NCBI GenBank assembly: GCA_043814705.1
Contig: JBDRJR010000051.1
Span: 1-60,966 of the forward strand
Direction of reading: 5' to 3'
Origin: Verrucomicrobiota bacterium
GTDB taxonomy: Bacteria > Verrucomicrobiota > Kiritimatiellia > JAAZAB01
Length of the DNA: 60,966 bases
Part shown: in pieces, positions 8,066-16,370 of the stretch
Layout: each line of letters begins with the position of its first letter
How positions within the stretch are numbered: the first letter of the stretch is position 1
Translations under genes and position numbers: made by a program
Notes under the pieces: generated by a model
What the model was told of the DNA's origin: nothing
The model's input: only the letters and a program-made list of their open reading frames with translations
Database searches by the model: none

Positions 8066-9414
8066 CTGTAAACACCGTAGAACAATGGCTGTCCGAGGCA
8101 ATCGGGTTGGATGCGCACGCCCTGGGTCCGCAGACCGTGGCTGATGCTGTAAAACGGCGAATGACCGCATGCGGCTTGACAAAGGAAAGCGATTACTTGA
8201 AGCGCTTGGCCATGAAGCCCGCCAAATCGTCGGGGCCGGATGAACTCCCGGCGCTGATCGAAATGATTACGGTGCCGGAAACCTGGTTTTTTCGCGATCG
8301 CGAACCTTTTATTTTTCTGGCCCGGCACGTGCATGCAACCTGGTTGCCCGCACATCCCCGCGACCGTCTGCAGATATTGAGCGCTCCCTGCTCTTCCGGT
8401 GAGGAACCATATTCCATTGCCATGGCGCTTCAGTCAGCGGGCCTCACACCGGCTCGTTACCGGATAGATGCCGTGGATCTCAATCCTGTTTTGTTGCGCA
8501 AGGCCGAAAAAGGCGTTTATGGGCACAATTCGTTTCGGAGCGGGTTGCTGACAGATTGCGAGCGCTATTTCAAACTTGAAGGCGTGATGAGAATTGTCAG
8601 CCCCGAGATCCGCGCCGGCATCCGATTCATTCACGGCAATCTTATGGATCCGCCGGCGTTCGCCGCGGAACAAAAATATGACATCATTTTTTGCCGCAAT
8701 CTGCTGATTTACCAGCATACGGAGGCGCGCCAACATATTACTGCCAAGCTGGATGGTCTGTTGAAACCCGAAGGCCTGCTGTTTGTGGGGCATGCCGAAA
8801 TGATGCCTCAGCTGGCGGAACGCTATGAGCCGGTCCATCACAGCGGCGCCTTCGCCTATTGCAAAATAAAAAACACGAATTTGCGAAGCAACCGGACTTG
8901 CTCCGATCTTATTGAATCGGAGCATCCTGCAGTCACAAAAATGGCGGGGCCGCGCCCATGGCCGGGCGCGCCGGCTGTTTGCCGCGCCCAAAGCGGGGCC
9001 GCGCCCGGCCAAAGCCATTCCCCGAACAGCGATCTGCCGCGGTCGCCTGCCATCCGGGTTCAACTCGATCCGGCGGCACACTCCTTGCATTCGCCATCAT
9101 CCCGGCTGGATTGTATCCGCGCCCTGGCAGACCAGGGCCAATTGGACAAGGCCGCCGCAATGTGCCGGGACCTGCTGAATGAAAATCATCGGCTGGCGGA
9201 AGCCCATTTCCTCATGGGCGTTATCCAGGTAGCGGCGGGACAAGTTCAAGCGGCGGAAGAATGCCTGGGCCGCGCACTATACTTGGATGCGGATTTCTAC
9301 GAGGCCTTGGTTCATCTTGCCCTGCTGAAGTCCCGCCGCGGTGACGAAGCCGGCGCCGAGCGCATGCGCCGGCACGCCGAGCGCGTGCGTGATCAAACAC
9401 AGGTGAAAATATGA
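8062..9414 (+). CDS. cheR: CheR-type MCP methyltransferase with C-terminal TPR region (WspC position)
   Basis: PETWFFRDREPF, SAPCSSGEEPYSIAMAL and IFCRNLLIYQ are SAM-MTase/CheR motifs. The C-terminal ~110 aa is TPR-like (AEAHFLMGVIQVAAGQ..ALYLDADFYEALVHLALL). ATGA overlap with cheW. Confidence 0.88.
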   Translation: MTVNTVEQWLSEAIGLDAHALGPQTVADAVKRRMTACGLTKESDYLKRLAMKPAKSSGPDELPALIEMITVPETWFFRDREPFIFLARHVHATWLPAHPRDRLQILSAPCSSGEEPYSIAMALQSAGLTPARYRIDAVDLNPVLLRKAEKGVYGHNSFRSGLLTDCERYFKLEGVMRIVSPEIRAGIRFIHGNLMDPPAFAAEQKYDIIFCRNLLIYQHTEARQHITAKLDGLLKPEGLLFVGHAEMMPQLAERYEPVHHSGAFAYCKIKNTNLRSNRTCSDLIESEHPAVTKMAGPRPWPGAPAVCRAQSGAAPGQSHSPNSDLPRSPAIRVQLDPAAHSLHSPSSRLDCIRALADQGQLDKAAAMCRDLLNENHRLAEAHFLMGVIQVAAGQVQAAEECLGRALYLDADFYEALVHLALLKSRRGDEAGAERMRRHAERVRDQTQVKI

Positions 9415-10067
9415 ACGCAACCACTATCCAGGATTGCTGGAACCGGATCGGCGTCCAGGGCGACAAGTCCTGCCCCGAATTGCGCCGCCACATTCACTGC
9501 CGGAACTGCCCGACGTTTGAACAGGGCGCACATGCCTTGCTGAATCGCGCGCCGCCCTCCGGCTATATTGAGGAATGGACCCGGTTCCTGGCGCGCGCCA
9601 AAGAGACCGAAGCCGGGTTCACCGATACGGTTTGCGTGTTCCGCATCGGATCGGAATGGCTGGCGTTTGGCGCGCGCGCGTGCGTGGAAATTGTGCCCCT
9701 GCGCCCCATCCGGCGCATACCGCATCGTTCCGACCGGATGCTCATGGGATTGACTAGTGTGCGCGGGGAACTACTGTTATGTTTTTCGCTGGCCAATTTG
9801 CTGGGGTTGGAACCGTCAGCAAATACTGCCGCCCAGGTCATGCCGCGCCTGCTGGTGGCCCGCAAGGAACGCTTTAACCTGGCCTTTCCCGTGGATGAGG
9901 TCATGGGTTTACATCGGTTCCATCGCGACACCATCCGGGCAATTCCGGCAACCGTGGCCCATGCCGTGCCGCAATTCAGCCGCGGCATGCTCACGGCCGA
10001 TGGACGCAAAATCGGATTGCTCGACGACGACCTGGTATTTCACGCGCTGACAAAAGTATTGGCATGA
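9411..10067 (+). CDS. CheW-like protein with Cys-rich N-terminus (WspD position)
   Basis: N-terminus CWNRIGVQGDKSCPELRRHIHCRNCP followed by a CheW fold (FRIGSEWLAFGARACVEIVP..LMGLTSVRGELL). ATGA overlap with cheR. Confidence 0.85.
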   Translation: MNATTIQDCWNRIGVQGDKSCPELRRHIHCRNCPTFEQGAHALLNRAPPSGYIEEWTRFLARAKETEAGFTDTVCVFRIGSEWLAFGARACVEIVPLRPIRRIPHRSDRMLMGLTSVRGELLLCFSLANLLGLEPSANTAAQVMPRLLVARKERFNLAFPVDEVMGLHRFHRDTIRAIPATVAHAVPQFSRGMLTADGRKIGLLDDDLVFHALTKVLA

Positions 10068-10072
10068 CAATG

Positions 10073-10174
10073 TCGTATGGACGTATCGGAGTATGGGAGT
10101 ATGGGAGTATCGGAGTAAACGAGCATAATGAAATTTCTTGACGCCCATACACCCACACTCCCATACCCCCATAC
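10073..10174. repeat. Intercistronic long hairpin, same word family (wspD-like/cheA spacer)
   Basis: Left arm GTATGGACGTATCGGAGTATGGGAGTATGGGAGTATCGGAGTA; right arm CGCCCATACACCCACACTCCCATACCCCCATAC. Confidence 0.85.
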
Positions 10175-10209
10175 TTATCCCGAACATTGAACACTTAATT
10201 GGTTCCCAT

Positions 10210-12657
10210 ATGGCAAACGACGGACAGGATTTAAGCGCTTTTTCCATGCTGGATCTGTTCCGGCAGGAGACGGAGGCCCAGACGGCCATCCTGAACGAGA
10301 GCTTGTTGGCCCTTGAACAGGACCCCGGTAATATCGAACGGCTGGCGACCATGATGCGCGCCGCCCATTCGCTGAAGGGCGCGGCGCGCATTGTCAACCT
10401 CGATCCCGCCGTGAAAGTCGCCCACGCGCTGGAAGATTGTTTCGTTGCCGCCCAGAAGGGCGAGATCGTCATTCAACCGGAAGCAGTGGACGGCCTATTG
10501 AGCGGCGTGGATATGTTGACGCAAATTGCCCGCGTACCGGAGGCGGAAGCCGCCGCCTGGCGGACCGGGCATCAGGCGGCAATTGATGAGCTGGTGGGGC
10601 GTTTGGCAGTAATCCGCTCCGGTCAGACAACGCCAAGCGTGAAGGTCGCCAAACCGACAGTTGAATTAGGCAACCAAAGGCCGCAACAAAAATCCTGGAT
10701 TCCCGACTCGTTCCGAAGCGTCAGAGTGAATCAGGTCGGGAATGACAAACAATGTCCCGCCCATTCTGTCATTCCCGCAAAGTTTGTCCCCGATTTTGAT
10801 CGGGGAGCGGAAATCCGGAATGCGTCTTTGAAATTTCCTGGCATCGAGTCATCGGCGCCCGCCGAGGTGCCGGCTTCGGCCGTCGGCATCGCGAGCAAGG
10901 ACCGGGCCGTGCGGGTCTCATCCGACAACCTGAATCGCATGCTCGGCATGATGGGCGAATACATGGTGCAGACGCGCTGGTTTGAGCCGTTTGCCGCCGG
11001 ATTACAGACGCTTAAAAAACGGCAGAGCGAATTGGCCCGCTTGTTGGAACAAATCTGCGCGGCACAAAATGAGAGCCGGCGGAACAGCCGCATGGCAGAA
11101 CAGGTCGCCGACCTGCGTCATAAACTGGATGCCTGCCGCCAGGCCACCGCCAGGCACTTGGAAGAATTTGACTTCTTCGCACAGCAGTTCTCGGACTTGG
11201 CCGAACGGCTTTACCGGGAAGGTCTGATCAGCCGTATGCGGCCGTTTGCTGACGGCGTGCAGGGTTTCCCGCGCATGGTTCGGGACCTGGCGCGCCAGTT
11301 GAACAAAAAAGTCAAATTCGAGATAATCGGTCAGGCCACCGGGGTGGATCGTGAAATCCTGGATAAACTGGAGGCGCCGCTGACGCACATTTTACGCAAT
11401 GCACTGGACCATGGTCTGGAACCCCCTGCGGAACGGCAGGCGGCGGGAAAGAATCCGGAAGGATTACTGAAACTGGAAGCGCGCCATCAAGCCGGGCAGT
11501 TGCATATTATTGTGTCAGATGACGGGCAAGGCATTGACCTGGAACGCATCCGCCGCAAAGTGGTTGCCCGCGGACTCAGCACCGATGAGATGGTCAGCCG
11601 CCTTACCGAGGCCGAACTGCTGGACTTTCTTTTTTTACCAGGATTTTCAACGCGCGAAACGGTAACTGAAATTTCAGGACGGGGAGTGGGTCTGGATATC
11701 GTCCGCAATCTGACCCAGGAAGTAGGCGGTTCCGTGCGGGTGGAAAACCGCCCCGGCACCGGCCGAGTTGTCGGCGCCGGCGCGCAGTTCCATTTACAGC
11801 TCCCGATTACACTTTCCGTCTTACGCACCCTGCTTGTGGAAATCGCGGGTGAGGCGTATGCCATTCCACTGACACGGATTGACCACCTGGTCACAGCCTT
11901 GCCGGATGAAATTCAGACCCTGGAAGGCCGGCGGTACCTGACATTGAACCAGCGGCATATTGGACTGGTGGATGCGCGCGACGTATTGGAACTGAGCGGT
12001 GGCGCCGGCCGCCCGGCGGCATGGCCAATCGTAATTATCGGGGACCGCGCCAACGCTTACGGTCTGGTTGTTGATCGGTTTATCGGGGAAAGCAAGCTGG
12101 TGGTGCGCACACTGGATGCGCGGCTGGGCAAGGTCCAGGACATCAGCGCGGTTTCCCTGCTGGATGACGGCACGCCCGTGATGATTATTGATACGGAGGA
12201 CCTGGTGCGCGGCGTCGAAAAACTGCTGTCCGGCGGACGCCTGAAGCAATTTCAGGCCTCAGGTGCGGCAACGACCGCCAAAACCCGCAAGCATATCCTG
12301 GTCGCTGACGACTCGATCACGGTCCGCGAGATGGAACGCAAGCTGTTGGAAAACCGGGGTTACACCGTGGATGTGGCCGTGGACGGCATGGATGCCTGGA
12401 ACACGGTGCGCATGGGCCGTTACGATTTGGTTGTCAGTGACATTGACATGCCGCGGATGAACGGCATTGAGCTCGTGCGGCACATCAAGCAGGATGCCCG
12501 GTTACAGACACTGCCTGTGATCATCGTATCCTACAAGGATAGCGAAAAAGATCGCTTGAGCGGGCTCGAGGCGGGGGCCACCCATTACCTGACGAAAAGC
12601 AGTTTTCACGATGAAACATTTTTGAAAACCGTGGCGGATGTGATCGGAGATCCATGA
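10210..12657 (+). CDS. cheA: Hybrid CheA histidine kinase with C-terminal receiver (WspE position)
   Basis: Hpt (MMRAAHSLKGAARIV), HATPase (HILRNALDHGLE..DDGQGID..GRGVGLDIV), a CheW-like domain, and a C-terminal REC (ILVADDSITVRE..DLVVSDIDMPRMNG). ATG at 10210; the 10138 extension is encoded by a repeat. Confidence 0.9.
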   Translation: MANDGQDLSAFSMLDLFRQETEAQTAILNESLLALEQDPGNIERLATMMRAAHSLKGAARIVNLDPAVKVAHALEDCFVAAQKGEIVIQPEAVDGLLSGVDMLTQIARVPEAEAAAWRTGHQAAIDELVGRLAVIRSGQTTPSVKVAKPTVELGNQRPQQKSWIPDSFRSVRVNQVGNDKQCPAHSVIPAKFVPDFDRGAEIRNASLKFPGIESSAPAEVPASAVGIASKDRAVRVSSDNLNRMLGMMGEYMVQTRWFEPFAAGLQTLKKRQSELARLLEQICAAQNESRRNSRMAEQVADLRHKLDACRQATARHLEEFDFFAQQFSDLAERLYREGLISRMRPFADGVQGFPRMVRDLARQLNKKVKFEIIGQATGVDREILDKLEAPLTHILRNALDHGLEPPAERQAAGKNPEGLLKLEARHQAGQLHIIVSDDGQGIDLERIRRKVVARGLSTDEMVSRLTEAELLDFLFLPGFSTRETVTEISGRGVGLDIVRNLTQEVGGSVRVENRPGTGRVVGAGAQFHLQLPITLSVLRTLLVEIAGEAYAIPLTRIDHLVTALPDEIQTLEGRRYLTLNQRHIGLVDARDVLELSGGAGRPAAWPIVIIGDRANAYGLVVDRFIGESKLVVRTLDARLGKVQDISAVSLLDDGTPVMIIDTEDLVRGVEKLLSGGRLKQFQASGAATTAKTRKHILVADDSITVREMERKLLENRGYTVDVAVDGMDAWNTVRMGRYDLVVSDIDMPRMNGIELVRHIKQDARLQTLPVIIVSYKDSEKDRLSGLEAGATHYLTKSSFHDETFLKTVADVIGDP
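10695..10818. repeat. Structured repeat-like insertion inside cheA
   Basis: Bracketed by CTGGATTCCCG / CGGAAATCCGG. Internal hairpins GGGAATGACA..TGTCATTCCC (10738-10776) and TCCCCGAT-tttg-ATCGGGGA (10787-10806). Confidence 0.7.
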
Positions 12658-13676
12658 AAATCGCGATCGTCAACGACATGCTGATGGCCGTGGAAGCACT
12701 GCGGCGCGTGGTGTGCAGTCGCCCGGATTATACGATTGCCTGGGTAGCACACGACGGCGCCGAAGCTGTCAAAAAGTGCGCGGAAGACCATCCCGACATG
12801 ATTCTCATGGATCTGATCATGCCGCTAATGAATGGCGCCGAAGCCACACGGCACATTATGCGGGATTCACCCTGCCCCATCCTGGTGGTGACCGCCACCG
12901 TGGACGGCAATATAAGCCTGGTGTTCGAAGCCATGGGCTACGGCGCGCTGGACGCCGTTAATACTCCCGTGCTTGGAACGGATGGCAAGCTGAACGGCGC
13001 TCAGGCATTATTACGCAAGATCGAAATCATCGGTCATTTGATCGCACGCCCGGCGCTGATGAACCCGCCGGCAATGGAGTTTGACACACCGCCACCGACC
13101 AAGGATCACCTGCCGCTCATCGTGCTGGGCGCCTCAACCGGCGGCCCCGCGGCGCTGGCGGATATTTTGTCACACTTGCCGGCGGTGGTTGACGCGGCTA
13201 TGGTGGTAATCCAGCACGTTGACAAAAAATTTGCGCCTGATCTGGCTCTCTGGCTGGGCACACATTGCCGGCTCAAGATCAAGGTGGCCGCGCCGGGATG
13301 CCGTCCGGAGACCGGCACGGTTTGGCTGGCCGGCACCAATGACCACCTGGTGCTGACGAAACACGGCACGTTTGAATATCGGATCGAACCGGTTAAATGT
13401 TTCTATCGCCCTTCGGTAGATGTGTTTTTCAAAAGCGTAGCGGCGCATTGGCCGCCACCGGGCGTGGCCGTGTTGTTGACCGGCATGGGGCGGGATGGCG
13501 GTGAAGGGTTGCTGGCTTTGCGGCACAGCGGCTGGCGCACCCTGGCACAGGACAAAGCTACCTCCATCGTATACGGGATGCCACGGGCGGCGGCGGAACT
13601 CGGCGCCGCGGAAAAAATCCTGCCGCTGAGCGCCATTGCGGACGCCATCATGCAGATGCTCGCGGAACGGAAGTGA
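12654..13676 (+). CDS. cheB: CheB-type REC-methylesterase (WspF position)
   Basis: REC (KIAIVNDMLMAVE..MILMDLIMPLMNG) plus esterase (LIVLGASTGGPAAL..VVIQHV..LLTGMGRDG..GMP). ATGA overlap with cheA. Confidence 0.9.
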   Translation: MKIAIVNDMLMAVEALRRVVCSRPDYTIAWVAHDGAEAVKKCAEDHPDMILMDLIMPLMNGAEATRHIMRDSPCPILVVTATVDGNISLVFEAMGYGALDAVNTPVLGTDGKLNGAQALLRKIEIIGHLIARPALMNPPAMEFDTPPPTKDHLPLIVLGASTGGPAALADILSHLPAVVDAAMVVIQHVDKKFAPDLALWLGTHCRLKIKVAAPGCRPETGTVWLAGTNDHLVLTKHGTFEYRIEPVKCFYRPSVDVFFKSVAAHWPPPGVAVLLTGMGRDGGEGLLALRHSGWRTLAQDKATSIVYGMPRAAAELGAAEKILPLSAIADAIMQMLAERK

Positions 13677-13692
13677 CTCATTAAGGACGACC

Positions 13693-14907
13693 ATGGAAAA
13701 CACCAAAAATAGCCCGTTAAAAACCGAGTTGCCCCGGCATGCGATCAAGGTCCTGCTGGTGGATGATCAGGCCATGATCGGCGAAGCCGTGCGCCGCATG
13801 CTGGCGCCCGAAGCCGATATTCACTTCCATTACTGCAGTGACCCTTCCGGCGCGTTGAAAATGGCGCGCGCGCTGGCGCCTACCGTCATTCTCCAGGACC
13901 TGGTTATGCCGGAAATTGACGGCTTGACGCTGGTAAAATGCTACCGCGCCGAACCCACCCTGCGGGATACCCCGTTAATTGTGCTTTCGACCAAGGAGGA
14001 ACCCTCCACTAAGGCCGAGGCCTTTGCGCTGGGCGCCAATGATTACTTAGTCAAACTTCCGGACCGGATTGAGCTGGTGGCGCGTATTCGACATCACTCA
14101 CAGGGCTATATTAATTTGCTTGAACGTAATGAAGCCTACCAGGCCTTGCTGGCCAGTCAAAAGGCGCTGGCAGATGAACTGGCCGAAGCGGCGGCCTATG
14201 TACAATCGCTCCTGCCGGCGCCACTGGACAGTGGTCCCGTGCGCACGAACTGGCAGTTCATCCCCTCCACCTCGCTGGGTGGCGACGCCTTTGGATATCA
14301 CTGGCTGGATGATGATCGTTTTTGCATGTTCTTATTGGATGTTTGCGGGCACGGTGTGGGCGCGGCGTTGCTTTCCATTTCAGCCATGAATGTGCTTCGA
14401 TCCCAGTCCCTGCCGAACACGGATTTCGGTGAACCGGGCGCCATGCTGACCGCGCTCAACGAGGCCTTCCTCATGGAAAACCATAACAACATGTATTTCA
14501 CGATCTGGTATGGCGTGTATGCGCGTTCCACGCGAACTCTGCGCTATGCCAGCGCCGGGCATCCGCCATCCCTGTTGATCAACAAGAATCCTGCGGGCAA
14601 TACAATTACAAGTGAATTAGGCAAGCCCGGCATGGTGCTGGGCGGCATGGCGGGCACGGCTTACCGCACCGAAACCCAGCCCGTGCCGCCCGGTAGTATC
14701 CTGTTTATGATGAGTGATGGAGTGTATGAAATTGCCCAATCGGACGGAACCATGTGGACGTTCAGCGAGTTTACCCGGCTGATGGCCGCCTCCGCCGGCG
14801 CCGGCAAGCCGGAAATCGAGGAACTGGCAAAAACCGTGCGCAATATGCACGGCGCCGGTCCGCTCGACGATGATTTTTCCATCGTTAAATTGCAGTTCCC
14901 GGACTGA
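13693..14907 (+). CDS. Response regulator with PP2C/SpoIIE-type Ser phosphatase output (RsbU-like)
   Basis: REC (KVLLVDDQAMIGE..VILQDLVMPEIDG..KLPD) then a PP2C pattern (GGDAFGY..FLLDVCGHGVGAALLS..SAGHPP..MMSDGVYE..DDDFSIV). ATG at 13693. Confidence 0.85.
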   Translation: MENTKNSPLKTELPRHAIKVLLVDDQAMIGEAVRRMLAPEADIHFHYCSDPSGALKMARALAPTVILQDLVMPEIDGLTLVKCYRAEPTLRDTPLIVLSTKEEPSTKAEAFALGANDYLVKLPDRIELVARIRHHSQGYINLLERNEAYQALLASQKALADELAEAAAYVQSLLPAPLDSGPVRTNWQFIPSTSLGGDAFGYHWLDDDRFCMFLLDVCGHGVGAALLSISAMNVLRSQSLPNTDFGEPGAMLTALNEAFLMENHNNMYFTIWYGVYARSTRTLRYASAGHPPSLLINKNPAGNTITSELGKPGMVLGGMAGTAYRTETQPVPPGSILFMMSDGVYEIAQSDGTMWTFSEFTRLMAASAGAGKPEIEELAKTVRNMHGAGPLDDDFSIVKLQFPD

Positions 14908-15018
14908 ATCTTCCTCCAGTCTACGGTCTACAGCCTGCGGTTTAAGCATTCTTCTTGTGGGATGCTATTGGAAGGTAGCCATTAAACCATCTGCAATGCG
15001 TCAGTTATTGGGGTGGTA

Positions 15019-15070
15019 ATAGTACCTCAACCATCAGAAACCGTTAAGAAAAACAAGAAAATACTAAAAC
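15019..15070. repeat. 52-nt module S2, copy a
   Basis: ATAGTACCTCAACCATCAGAAACCGTTAAGAAAAACAAGAAAATACTAAAAC; 45/52 identical to 57996-58047. Confidence 0.85.
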
Positions 15071-15075
15071 CGATT

Positions 15076-15174
15076 AACCACGAAATACACGGAACACACG
15101 AAATGGATAAAGATTAGATTCTGTTTTTCATTACCCAAAAATAACTTTCGTGTCGTTTAGTGTGTTTCGTGGTG
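15076..15174. repeat. Inverted-repeat element, CCACGAAACACAC family (X1)
   Basis: Arms AACCACGAAATACACGGAACACACGAAATGG / CTTTCGTGTCGTTTAGTGTGTTTCGTGGTG. Confidence 0.9.
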
Positions 15175-15185
15175 AAAATATCTTT

Positions 15186-15242
15186 GGGTTGCGGGCATAG
15201 CCCGCCTTGGATTTTAACCAACGCGGGCTATACCCGCAACCC
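15186..15242. repeat. 20-bp-stem hairpin GGGTTGCGGGCATAGCCCGC family (Z1)
   Basis: GGGTTGCGGGCATAGCCCGC-n17-GCGGGCTATACCCGCAACCC with one mismatch. 52 nt upstream of the ansB ATG. Confidence 0.9.
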
Positions 15243-15293
15243 GGAATTGCCGCCGCCGGGACGTCTGCCGGCCAACCAAGAAAGGAATACACA

Positions 15294-16355
15294 ATGAAAT
15301 GTAAAATGTCATTGGCCCTGGCGGTGATTGCCGCTGTAATGCTGGTGCTGGCATCCGTTGCATCGGCCAAGCCGAAAATCGTGGTTCTGGCGACCGGCGG
15401 CACAATTGCCGGCGCGCAAGCCAGCACGAAGGAAGTGGGCTACAAGTCCGGCACGTTTAATGTCACTGACCTGATCAAGGCCGTTCCCCAAATCACGGAA
15501 CTGGCCGACCTGACCGGCGAGCAGATCGTCAATATCGGCAGCCAGAACATGAATAACGAGGTCTGGCTGAAGCTCGCCGAACGGGTTAACATAACGCTCA
15601 AACAGAAGGATGTCGCCGGCGTAGTCATTACGCATGGAACCGACACGATGGAGGAGACAGCCTGGTTCCTGAATCTGGTGGTAAAGAGCGCCAAGCCGGT
15701 CGTTATGGTCGGATCCATGCGGCCGGCAACCGCCACCAGCGCCGATGGCCCGGCAAATCTTTATAATGCCGTGGCCGTGGCCATCCACCCGGACGCCATG
15801 GGGCGCGGAGTGCTGGTGGTGCTTAATGACGAAATCCATTATGCCCGGGAAATCGAGAAACAGAACAGCACCCAGCTGGACACATTCAAGTCGCCCAACC
15901 GCGGCCGTGCCGGCGTGGTCAATACCGGCGCAGTGCATTTCTTCAATAGGCCGTCGGCGCCGCATACAACCGCCACAGAGTTTTCGGTCGAAGGCGTTGA
16001 CACCCTGCCCCGCGTGGAGATCATCTATTCCTATGCCAATTCTGGTCGTGATTTTATCGACTGTGCCGTGGCGAAGGGCGCTAAAGGCCTGGTGCTGGCG
16101 GGGGTTGGCGATGGCAACAGCACGGATCCGACGCTGGCCGCATTGAGTGACGCGGTAAAGAAGGGTGTTGTGGTCGTGCGCAGTTCCCGCACCGGCAGCG
16201 GCCTCGTGGTTCGCAACGTCGAGATCGACGACGACAAGATGGGTACGGTCGCGGCCATGGAGTTAAATCCCCAAAAGTCCCGCGTGCTCCTCATGCTGGC
16301 GCTGATGAAAACCGATAATCCAAAGGAGATTCAGGATAAGTTTCTAAAATATTAG
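15294..16355 (+). CDS. ansB: Periplasmic L-asparaginase, type II
   Basis: Signal peptide, then KIVVLATGGTIAG and HGTDTMEETA catalytic motifs. ATG at 15294. Confidence 0.9.
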   Translation: MKCKMSLALAVIAAVMLVLASVASAKPKIVVLATGGTIAGAQASTKEVGYKSGTFNVTDLIKAVPQITELADLTGEQIVNIGSQNMNNEVWLKLAERVNITLKQKDVAGVVITHGTDTMEETAWFLNLVVKSAKPVVMVGSMRPATATSADGPANLYNAVAVAIHPDAMGRGVLVVLNDEIHYAREIEKQNSTQLDTFKSPNRGRAGVVNTGAVHFFNRPSAPHTTATEFSVEGVDTLPRVEIIYSYANSGRDFIDCAVAKGAKGLVLAGVGDGNSTDPTLAALSDAVKKGVVVVRSSRTGSGLVVRNVEIDDDKMGTVAAMELNPQKSRVLLMLALMKTDNPKEIQDKFLKY

Positions 16356-16370
16356 CACAAAGGAAAGTTT

